Under the pieces are notes generated by a model. That model made no database searches and was not told where the DNA came from. It saw only the letters and a program-made list of their open reading frames with translations. DNA of 64,000 bases from an uncultured Candidatus Saccharibacteria bacterium (GTDB taxonomy: Bacteria; Patescibacteriota; Minisyncoccia; Phycocordibacterales; DATDWN01): the NCBI GenBank assembly GCA_964576615.1, contig CAZNUU010000002.1:27428-91427 (forward strand). Direction: 5' to 3'. The translations under genes and the position numbers were made by a program. Shown in pieces: positions 8,037 to 15,524 of the stretch (position 1 is its first letter; every line of letters begins with the position of its first letter).

Positions 8037-8078
8037 AACCCCGTGCCGTGAAGCACGAGGCTCCACCTTACACGGGGT
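8037..8078 (-). terminator. Rho-independent terminator after the membrane-protein gene (accccgtg...cacggggt + T-run)
   Basis: GC stem with following T-run on the minus strand. Near-identical in architecture to the terminator at 10963-10991. Confidence 0.6.
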
Positions 8079-8458
8079 CAGAATTTCTTCACTGCGTTTG
8101 ATGCCTCGACGCTGTAGCCGCAGAGGAAGGCCAGGCCCAGAGCACGATCGCGGGCTTGATGCCAGCGGTGGATCTCTTTTTGGAGATCTTCCCAAGATTC
8201 GCTCCATCCAAGCATCTCCGTCATCCTGTCGCCAGGAAGATTGCCTTTCCGGTAGTTGTCGAAGTGGTTGTATGCCTGCCGGACTTTGTACTGCAGATCC
8301 TCCAGAACATCCGTGACCACAAGGTGAGGGAGATCCGGACCGTAAATCTTGCAGAACTCGATCGCGCAACGCTTTTCGAACGTTTTGCTATCGCGTTTCA
8401 AATACAGCGTGACAACAACCCCAAACACGAACCAGGCGGCAGCGATCAAATAGATCAT
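8078..8458 (-). CDS. Hypothetical small membrane protein (N-terminal TM, ~100 aa cytoplasmic domain), GC-rich cassette 1
   Basis: 126 aa, MIYLIAAAWFVFGVVVTLYL TM segment. Preceded by the conserved leader repeat C that ends in SD GATGAGGT. Confidence 0.5.
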   Translation of the reverse strand: MIYLIAAAWFVFGVVVTLYLKRDSKTFEKRCAIEFCKIYGPDLPHLVVTDVLEDLQYKVRQAYNHFDNYRKGNLPGDRMTEMLGWSESWEDLQKEIHRWHQARDRALGLAFLCGYSVEASNAVKKF

Positions 8459-8462
8459 ACGT

Positions 8463-8530
8463 TACCTCATCCAGGGTTCCAGCCCTGGCAACTCGCTGGG
8501 TCCTTCCCAACGATCTATCGGGACAATACC
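8463..8530 (-). promoter_or_regulatory. Conserved 5'-leader repeat family C, copy 1 (hairpin CAGGGCTGGAACCCTG overlapping SD)
   Basis: cctcatccagggttccagccctggcaactcgctgggtccttcccaacgatct. About 85% identical copy at 11373-11440, in the same position upstream of another small TM-protein gene. Confidence 0.6.
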
Positions 8531-8683
8531 ACTTTATGTATTATCAGTCAATATATTAGTTCAGAGGATTTTTGGTCGAGTTCAAGGCGCGAGTGAGCAA
8601 TGCGACCAAGCTGTATAGAAATACTGCGCGTGGAGCATGCGGAGCGAGCAACGCAGAAATCGGGCAAAAAGACCTGAACTAAT

Positions 8684-10933
8684 TTATTTTGCTACAGCGA
8701 TTGCTTCATCAAAAGCAACGCTAAGTAATTTCGATCCACCCTGTGAGCCCATAGTCACCCCATACAAAACTCCAGCTCGAGACATTGTTTCGCGGTTGTG
8801 GGTTATGACAATTAGTTGTGACTTGTTTGCTAAATTTTCCACCATATCTCCGTATTTTTTTGAGTTGGCCTCATCGAGCGCTGCGTCTGTTTCGTCGAGA
8901 ATAATAAAAGGCGGTGGATTCACCTGAGAAATTGCAAAAAGAAGCGCAATGGATGTAAGCGCCCTCTCCCCGCCAGAGAGCATCATTAGGCCTTTTACTT
9001 TTTTCTTGGGTAGGCTGACGTCAATATCTATGCCCTCTTCTGATTCCTCAACTTCCTCTAATTCTTCTTGTCCATCCTCCAGAAGTTCATCGACTTCTTT
9101 TTTTCTACGCTTCACCGGCTGACTTACCGAGAGTCTCGCCTCCCCGCCACCAAACATAAGTTTGAAATATTCATTAAACTGATCATTTATTTTCTCTATG
9201 CCAGACTTAAATTCGGTAGACAATTTGTCCTCAAGATCTTTTATAAGCAAAGTGAGAGAGCCCGCGGACTTCGCCAAATCTCCCAGTTCTCTCTCCAAAA
9301 ATGTGTCTCTCTCATTTGCTTCCGTAAACTCCTTCATAACGTCCGCTTCCCCAATCCCACCCGCATCTTCCAGACGAATTTTTATTTTCTCTATCCTCTT
9401 GCGCCTCTCCTCTTGCTTCGACCTATCTTCATCCAAATCAGTTATTTCCAATTTCTTGTAACTTAAAGCAACAGTGCCGAGTAAAATACCAAGCTCTTGC
9501 AGCTCTCTTTTAAAATCTTCCTGCACAAGCCGCAAATTCTCCTCCTCAGCTGCAAGAACTTGAAGTTTGCTTCTCACTTCCCCTGACTGCGCCATAACCC
9601 GAAACACTGCTTTCTCCGCATCGCGATTCTTATCTTTTTCTTTTTCGATTGTTTCCTTGAGTCTCTGATACTGCCCGGAAAGCTCCGTTTCTTTCTTTTT
9701 TATTTCCTCGAGGGATTTCTCTATTTTTCTTTTGGCATCCCGCAAATTCTCAATCTCCTTTTTACTGTCATCTAACAAAGTCATGTCTACATTTTCTTTG
9801 TTCTGATGAATGAACTCAGAGAGCAGCGCGGCCACTTGGTCCAAGGCTCGTGTTAAGCTTTCGATGTCTTTACTTTCTCTCACACTTTTTATCTTAGCTT
9901 CAATCTGCCCCGACAAACTCTCCACAGAAACCAAGGTTACCGTTTTGTGCTCGTAGGATTTTGCCACATCCTCTTGCTTTTTAACCATTTTAGCAAGTGA
10001 GCTGAGCTCGCCATCTATCCGACCGAAATCCCGAAATAAATTATCTTTGTCATCTCGAACTTTATGTAAATTATTTTCTAAAGCAATTAGCTCTTCTGAC
10101 TTTTCATCCTTACCTTTGGCCTTTTCCAAATGCGTCTTAGCCTCATCCAGTTCTTTATCGAGCTTTTTCTCCTCCTGCGCCAATGGATCTTTTTCTTCTT
10201 GGATTTTTTTTGTTGTCTTATTTATGTACTCCTCCTCGCGCTTCAAATACTCCAGAGCTTCCTTTTCCAAATCTCCCTTCATTTCTATAGTTTTTTGAAC
10301 CTTCTCAACTTGCTTTTTTAGAAATTTTAAATGCGGCGCGATTTCTTTGCGCAGAGACGCCACTTGGTCTATATTTTCTCGAGTTTTCTCTAACTTTCTT
10401 TCACTTTCATTCTTTTTATATTGAAAAAGCTTGAGCCCGAGCGCATCCTCGATCATCGTTTTCCTCTCTTTTATAGATGCGTTTAAAATTCTATCTGCCT
10501 CACCCTGCGAAATAATATGATGCCCGGAGGAACCGATGTGCGCGCTAGCGAGAAGCTCGACAATATCTTTGAGCCTCACTTGAGAACCATTTATAAGGTA
10601 CTCATTTACCGAGTCCCTGTGCACCACTCGCTCGAGAGTAACCGATTCATAATCAATCGGCAGAAATTTAGACGTATTATCAAATATAACCTTAACCGCG
10701 GCTCGATTTGCTTTGGGCAAATCCCCTGCGCCATTAAAAATGAGATCCTCTCCTTTTTTACCGCGCAGAGATTTGATTGATTGTTCACCTAAGACAAACC
10801 TAAATGCTTCCGCCACATTGGATTTACCCGAGCCATTCGGCCCAACTATAGCTGTAACCTTGGAGGTGAAATTGAGTTCTGCTTTTTTAGCAAAAGATTT
10901 AAAACCGGAAAGTTCGATGCTCTTCAAGTACAT
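8684..10933 (-). CDS. smc: Chromosome segregation protein SMC, unusually short (749 aa)
   Basis: N-terminal Walker A GPNGSGKSN, long coiled coils, C-terminal LSGGERALTSIALLFAI...FIILDETDAALD. Confidence 0.85.
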   Translation of the reverse strand: MYLKSIELSGFKSFAKKAELNFTSKVTAIVGPNGSGKSNVAEAFRFVLGEQSIKSLRGKKGEDLIFNGAGDLPKANRAAVKVIFDNTSKFLPIDYESVTLERVVHRDSVNEYLINGSQVRLKDIVELLASAHIGSSGHHIISQGEADRILNASIKERKTMIEDALGLKLFQYKKNESERKLEKTRENIDQVASLRKEIAPHLKFLKKQVEKVQKTIEMKGDLEKEALEYLKREEEYINKTTKKIQEEKDPLAQEEKKLDKELDEAKTHLEKAKGKDEKSEELIALENNLHKVRDDKDNLFRDFGRIDGELSSLAKMVKKQEDVAKSYEHKTVTLVSVESLSGQIEAKIKSVRESKDIESLTRALDQVAALLSEFIHQNKENVDMTLLDDSKKEIENLRDAKRKIEKSLEEIKKKETELSGQYQRLKETIEKEKDKNRDAEKAVFRVMAQSGEVRSKLQVLAAEEENLRLVQEDFKRELQELGILLGTVALSYKKLEITDLDEDRSKQEERRKRIEKIKIRLEDAGGIGEADVMKEFTEANERDTFLERELGDLAKSAGSLTLLIKDLEDKLSTEFKSGIEKINDQFNEYFKLMFGGGEARLSVSQPVKRRKKEVDELLEDGQEELEEVEESEEGIDIDVSLPKKKVKGLMMLSGGERALTSIALLFAISQVNPPPFIILDETDAALDEANSKKYGDMVENLANKSQLIVITHNRETMSRAGVLYGVTMGSQGGSKLLSVAFDEAIAVAK

Positions 10934-10962
10934 GGAATTTTATTTATTATAGCAAAAAGGAA

Positions 10963-10991
10963 AACCTCGTGCCCGGCAGAAACACGAGGTT
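10963..10991 (-). terminator. Rho-independent terminator (aacctcgtg...cacgaggtt + T-run on minus strand)
   Basis: Stem similar to the 8037-8078 terminator. A second cacgaggtt follows at 11001-11009. Confidence 0.55.
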
Positions 10992-11007
10992 CCCGCCAAA
11001 CACGAGG

Positions 11008-11367
11008 TTATTGAACGAATCTTGCCACCGTTTTGCCATAGCCATTGATCATGCCTATACCAATGGCTCGGTCAAGTCGGCGCTGGGCCTTCCTCACCCT
11101 TCTCTCGGCGTCCTTGAAGTTTGCCTCACATTTCGACTCGTAGACTTTATTGGCACTTGATTTCGCCTGGGCTAGAAAGGCCCGGCAGGTGTTCATCCAT
11201 TCACGCTCGTTATTGAGATCAGCAGTGATTCGGACGAGCCTCAGATCGATCTCGTAATCACCGAAGGACCCGAAGGCAGGGAGGAGAGACCAAAATCGGA
11301 GCGGGGGGATGTACGGCCAGAAAACAAATGCGAAGAATACGATCGGAAACACAATGCTCATACTCAT
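11008..11367 (-). CDS. Hypothetical small membrane protein, GC-rich cassette 2 (possible paralog of 8078-8458)
   Basis: Start set at MSMSIVFPIVFF (SD GAGGTG inside repeat C) by analogy with cassette 1. The track ORF extends through the leader only because no stop intervenes. Confidence 0.45.
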   Translation of the reverse strand: MSMSIVFPIVFFAFVFWPYIPPLRFWSLLPAFGSFGDYEIDLRLVRITADLNNEREWMNTCRAFLAQAKSSANKVYESKCEANFKDAERRVRKAQRRLDRAIGIGMINGYGKTVARFVQ

Positions 11368-11372
11368 ACAAC

Positions 11373-11440
11373 ACCTCATCCAGGGTTTCAGCCCCGGCAA
11401 CTCGCGGGGTTCTTCCTCGCGATCTGCAATAAACAATACT
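11373..11440 (-). promoter_or_regulatory. Leader repeat family C, copy 2
   Basis: cctcatccagggtttcagccccggcaactcgcggggttcttcctcgcgatct. Confidence 0.6.
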
Positions 11441-11461
11441 ACTTTTAACAAATACTGTCAA

Positions 11462-12151
11462 CTACTCCCAGCCTCGAGATTTTAGGGCCTTCTGTGCTGC
11501 CTCCTGTTCAGCCTCTTGTTTAGAATCGCCTTCGCCTGTCGCAATTAGATCTTTGCCTACGTAAACACCAACTGTAAATTTCTTTTTGTGATCTAAACCA
11601 GATTCCTTAACTGTTTTATAAACTGGAGTAATACCATCAAATTCTTGGGCTTTCTCTTGAAAAAGAGATTTGGCATCAATAAATTTTTTGCCAGAAATAA
11701 TATTATCTATGAGCGGAGTAAAATGCTTATGTATAAAATCTGTCGCAGTTTTTAAACCTTGATCAATATAAATTGCACCAATTAATGCCTCGAGAGCGTT
11801 TGCCAAAATATACTGCCTCGCCCGGCCAGTGTCTTTTGATTCGCCTTTTGATAATAAAAGATAATCTGACATTCCCAATTCCTTGGCAATTTCTGCACAG
11901 GTGTCTGCATTGACTAGAGCCGAACGATAAGCAGTTAAATCGCCTTCTGGTTTTGTTGGAAATTTTTTGTAGAGAAAATCTGTGGTCACAAGCTCCAAGA
12001 CAGCGTCGCCCAAAAATTCGAGGCGCTCATTATGCGAGAGTCCAGAATTTCTATTTTCGTTTATAAATGAACGATGAACAAAGGCTTGTTTTAAAACATC
12101 TTTATCTTTGAAATTTATACCTATTTTTTTTTCGAATTTTGAGTAATCCAT
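11462..12151 (-). CDS. rnc: Ribonuclease III
   Basis: ERLEFLGDAVLELV RNase III signature, C-terminal dsRBD. Confidence 0.9.
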   Translation of the reverse strand: MDYSKFEKKIGINFKDKDVLKQAFVHRSFINENRNSGLSHNERLEFLGDAVLELVTTDFLYKKFPTKPEGDLTAYRSALVNADTCAEIAKELGMSDYLLLSKGESKDTGRARQYILANALEALIGAIYIDQGLKTATDFIHKHFTPLIDNIISGKKFIDAKSLFQEKAQEFDGITPVYKTVKESGLDHKKKFTVGVYVGKDLIATGEGDSKQEAEQEAAQKALKSRGWE

Positions 12152-12310
12152 CTTTTAATAATACCGCTAGATACGGCTAAGTCACTGTAAAACTTTCAGA
12201 TTTGGATGTAATTCGAGGCGAAATGTAAAAAAGAATTCGAGCCTTACAAACTCGTAAGGTGAGGATTATTTTTGACATTTCAACGAAGAAGTACGCCAAA
12301 TGTGGAAGTT

Positions 12311-13213
12311 TTACTTTTTAAGCAGAACATTTATCGCCTTGGTGACTAGAGGTAGAATATCATTATAGAAGTTAAGGTCAAGGATATCTGCAAGCTTAAA
12401 CCATTTTGCGTCGTCTAAGCCGCCTTTGACCTCCGGATGCAGATCCTGAAACTTGGCCTCCGCAATAAAATAAGTAACATGCTTTTTTACCTTGCCCTTT
12501 TCTGGGTGATAGGATATATATTCATTTTCACCCAGCTTTTCTTTTATTTTTATATCAATACCTAACTCTTCTTTTATTTCTCTTATCGTCCCCTCTTCCA
12601 CGGTCTCTTCTTTTGTCTCGGGACTATCACCTATTTTGCCTTTAGACAGTGTCCAGCGACCAAAAACATCGTGAACCAAGGCTAAATAAATTTCGTCACC
12701 CTCTTTGGCATAAACAACTGCTCCTCCCAAATACTCATTGGTCACATGCCCGTTTTTGTGTTTGCGATCTTTAGAGCTTTGGTCCTTGCCTGGTTCACCC
12801 AGTTCTTTGTAAACAGCGCCTAGAACACCATTTACGAATTTACTAGATGTATCGGAGCCAAATGTTTTGGATAGTTCAATTGCCTCGTTTATTGCTACCT
12901 TGGGAGGTACTTCGTTTCTATTGGCAAACAAAAGTTCCCACAGCCCAATTCTCAAGATATTTCTATCGACAATACTTATTTTACTTATCGGCCAATCCGG
13001 TGCAGCTTTTTCGATAATTAAATCTATATCTCTTTTTTTATCCAGTACACCGTTAAGGAGATTCTCCATAAAGGAGAGGTCTGCATGACCAGGCGCAAAT
13101 TCATCTACATTTCTTTTGAAAATTTCTTTTACCTCTTTTGAGCTCTTGGAACCGAAATCCCATTCAAAAAGAGTTTGAAGAACTATGGATCTGGAAAGAT
13201 GCCGATTTGCCAT
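12311..13213 (-). CDS. nusB: NusB antitermination factor fused to a C-terminal Nudix hydrolase domain
   Basis: 300 aa. N-terminus SIVLQTLFEWDF...NRNILRIGLWELLF is NusB-like. C-terminus carries Nudix box GTIREIKEELGI. Confidence 0.7.
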   Translation of the reverse strand: MANRHLSRSIVLQTLFEWDFGSKSSKEVKEIFKRNVDEFAPGHADLSFMENLLNGVLDKKRDIDLIIEKAAPDWPISKISIVDRNILRIGLWELLFANRNEVPPKVAINEAIELSKTFGSDTSSKFVNGVLGAVYKELGEPGKDQSSKDRKHKNGHVTNEYLGGAVVYAKEGDEIYLALVHDVFGRWTLSKGKIGDSPETKEETVEEGTIREIKEELGIDIKIKEKLGENEYISYHPEKGKVKKHVTYFIAEAKFQDLHPEVKGGLDDAKWFKLADILDLNFYNDILPLVTKAINVLLKK

Positions 13214-13254
13214 ACTTAAGCTTTTAACAGAATAGCAAATTGTTGAAATTTTGC

Positions 13255-13473
13255 CTAGTTCCTGTTTGCTTTTTCCTTCTTTGCTTTCTTGGCAAGTTTT
13301 GCCTGCATATCAACGACTACTCTGCCTTTATATTGGCCAGTAACTAATGAAGCTCGGTGGCGGAGGTGGGGTACGTTTGTATTTTTATCCAAAGTTGTGG
13401 CAGGAGAAGAAAGAGCGAAGTGAGATCGCCTGTTGTTTCGGTGGCTTTTTGTAGAACGCATTCGTACAACCAT
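13255..13473 (-). CDS. rpmF: 50S ribosomal protein L32
   Basis: MVVRMRSTKSHRNNRRSH...HLRHR matches L32. Confidence 0.8.
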   Translation of the reverse strand: MVVRMRSTKSHRNNRRSHFALSSPATTLDKNTNVPHLRHRASLVTGQYKGRVVVDMQAKLAKKAKKEKANRN

Positions 13474-13568
13474 GATTGGCTACTTTACATTATTAGTTAT
13501 AAAAAATCAAATCCTCCTTTACGAAAAACCACCGGCCGAAACCGGGGTCTGCCTCGTGAAATATCGCT

Positions 13569-14009
13569 TTATTTCACGAGGCCAAAATACTTGAGTGTCT
13601 CCAGAAGGCCGGGTTGGTGAGACCGGCACACCGAAACCTGAGCCCTGGTTCGACTCACCCATTCCGGCGGCAGGATGATTTCCGTACCATCTCGAATGGG
13701 TTTGTCTCGAAGCTGACCTTCGAAATCGGAATCCTGGAAAACGAAAAAGGTTTTCGGCTGACCACGATCGACCACGCTGAGTTCCGTAAGTGGTACAGCT
13801 TTTTCCTTGAGCCGGCGGCCAGTTTCGTCTCTGGTCTCTCGAGCTGCTGTTCCCCTCTTGGTTTGATCCTTCTTACTCCTCATTCCCCCCGGAAAGCCCA
13901 CTTTCTCAGGGAAACGAGGGTTATCCGGTATACTCTTCTGAACGAGGAGTTCGAGGGATTGATCTCGCCCCCTTACAGTCACAATCCCAGCCCACCACTT
14001 CTTTCGCAT
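13569..14009 (-). CDS. Nudix hydrolase (GC-rich, foreign-looking codon usage)
   Basis: 146 aa, Nudix box AARETRDETGR, SD AGGAGAG, own GC-stem terminator at 13545-13590. Confidence 0.6.
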   Translation of the reverse strand: MRKKWWAGIVTVRGRDQSLELLVQKSIPDNPRFPEKVGFPGGMRSKKDQTKRGTAARETRDETGRRLKEKAVPLTELSVVDRGQPKTFFVFQDSDFEGQLRDKPIRDGTEIILPPEWVSRTRAQVSVCRSHQPGLLETLKYFGLVK

Positions 14010-14063
14010 GACGCTCTCCTGTATTTACAGTACCACACCACCTTGAATTAGTAAATAGACAGT

Positions 14064-14657
14064 TTATTGGGCCATATTAAAGCTTTTTCTGTGAATTTCT
14101 GATAAGCCGTGTTTTCTGATAAGAGACTTGTGTTTTTTTGTTCCGTATCCCTTGTGAAGTTCAAACTTATATAATGGATATTTCTGTGCTTCTTTTTTCA
14201 TGAGTTCATCCCGAGAGACTTTTGCCAAAATAGAAGCCCAGGAAATTATTTTTTCTTTCTCATCACCCTTAATAATTGTTTTTTGATTATTAAACCTGAG
14301 TGGGGCTTTTAGAGAACCGTCAAGCAAAATTTTACTTGCCGAATTGATTTTTAAATTCTCAATTGAATTTTCAATCCCCTTCTTTATTGCAAACGAAAGC
14401 CCCCTCTTGTCTATTATTTTGTTTGAGATATGTGATATTGAATAATTAATTTTTCCCTCTTTTTTTAATTTATTTAAAATCGCTGCAAACTTTTCTCTCT
14501 CTGGACTTTTGAGTTTTTTGCTATCTATTCCTCTTGCTGGAAGATTTTTTGATTTTTTTAATTTTGTATAGGTACTCTGTAAGCACGCAAGTGCACAGAC
14601 TGTAACAGGACCCGCCAGAGGGCCTCGACCAACTTCATCGACACCAACTATGATCAT
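14064..14657 (-). CDS. rnhB: Ribonuclease HII
   Basis: MIIVGVDEVGRGPLAGPV catalytic N-terminus. Confidence 0.9.
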   Translation of the reverse strand: MIIVGVDEVGRGPLAGPVTVCALACLQSTYTKLKKSKNLPARGIDSKKLKSPEREKFAAILNKLKKEGKINYSISHISNKIIDKRGLSFAIKKGIENSIENLKINSASKILLDGSLKAPLRFNNQKTIIKGDEKEKIISWASILAKVSRDELMKKEAQKYPLYKFELHKGYGTKKHKSLIRKHGLSEIHRKSFNMAQ

Positions 14658-14713
14658 AATTAGATTTTAAAACACGAAGGCCGCCGACGCTAGAAGCGTG
14701 GCGGCCAAAGAAG

Positions 14714-15280
14714 CTAGAGACCAGAGTCCCGAAACGACTGCCCGAAACCGTCTACCCCAAGAGCCTTTCGCGCAAGTGGCAGAAACGGGTCCGGGTGTAA
14801 TTCAGCCTGAGCACTTGGAGTTTCGAGTGGGGGTGTGGGCTCGAATACAACCCGAGCGGTTTCCCCCAGCGTCTCGCGCACGATCCGGTTTGGATTGAGC
14901 TCGGCCTCAGTCATTTCTCGAGGTGGATCGATCTTCACCACAACCGCACGGGCCGCCTCCGTCACGTCATGGACGAACTTCGGATCCCAGTTGTTGTTGT
15001 AGGTATCGAGCATCACACCGTCCTTCTGGGCACGGCAACGGTTCACGACCTCGACCAGCCGGACAAGTTCCGCGATCGGTAGAACAGAGACCATCCTCTC
15101 GACCAGCAAGAGCTCGTCGAGAATATCACTGAGCTTGGCATGAACATCGCCGGTTCGGTTGAGGTCTTTTTTCCCTTCCGGAGTGGCGATCACACCTTCG
15201 TTCAGGCTCTCGGCGAGCCCTTCGACCAGTACCCGCAGGTTGCGAGTACCGGTTTGCAGATTGTTGCACAGCCAATTCAT
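14714..15280 (-). CDS. Hypothetical protein, GC-rich cassette
   Basis: 188 aa, SD GGGAGGT 5 nt before ATG, GC3-rich, no recognisable motif. Confidence 0.4.
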   Translation of the reverse strand: MNWLCNNLQTGTRNLRVLVEGLAESLNEGVIATPEGKKDLNRTGDVHAKLSDILDELLLVERMVSVLPIAELVRLVEVVNRCRAQKDGVMLDTYNNNWDPKFVHDVTEAARAVVVKIDPPREMTEAELNPNRIVRETLGETARVVFEPTPPLETPSAQAELHPDPFLPLARKALGVDGFGQSFRDSGL

Positions 15281-15524
15281 TTGAACCTCCCGACCCTGAA
15301 CAGGTCAACGGCTTTTCTTACGATCTCGGACTGAGACACGGTATCCAGAAGATGCGTGATGTAATGAACACCAGGCACCCCAGCCACATACCATGCCATT
15401 GCACTTAGAATGTGTCGCACATCGCCTCCATAGTTAACTTGTTTTCCGTTTTCATTATGGTGAATATAGCTATGCTTGTCAAAGTCAGATTCCAAAAATT
15501 GCGTGATATAATTCAAAAAATTCT

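Noticed and set aside
8056-8056. Track start of ORF 7679..8056
   Set aside because: The start lies inside the terminator hairpin of the upstream gene. A downstream ATG with SD GGAGGTGG (7978) is more plausible, but the gene remains low confidence.
15277-15516. 79-aa ORF with TTG start upstream of the GC-rich 188-aa gene
   Set aside because: It has a non-ATG start, it starts 8 bp from the divergent dnaE ATG (no room for a promoter or RBS), and its 3' end covers the SD of the next gene. It is kept only as a doubt inside a finding.
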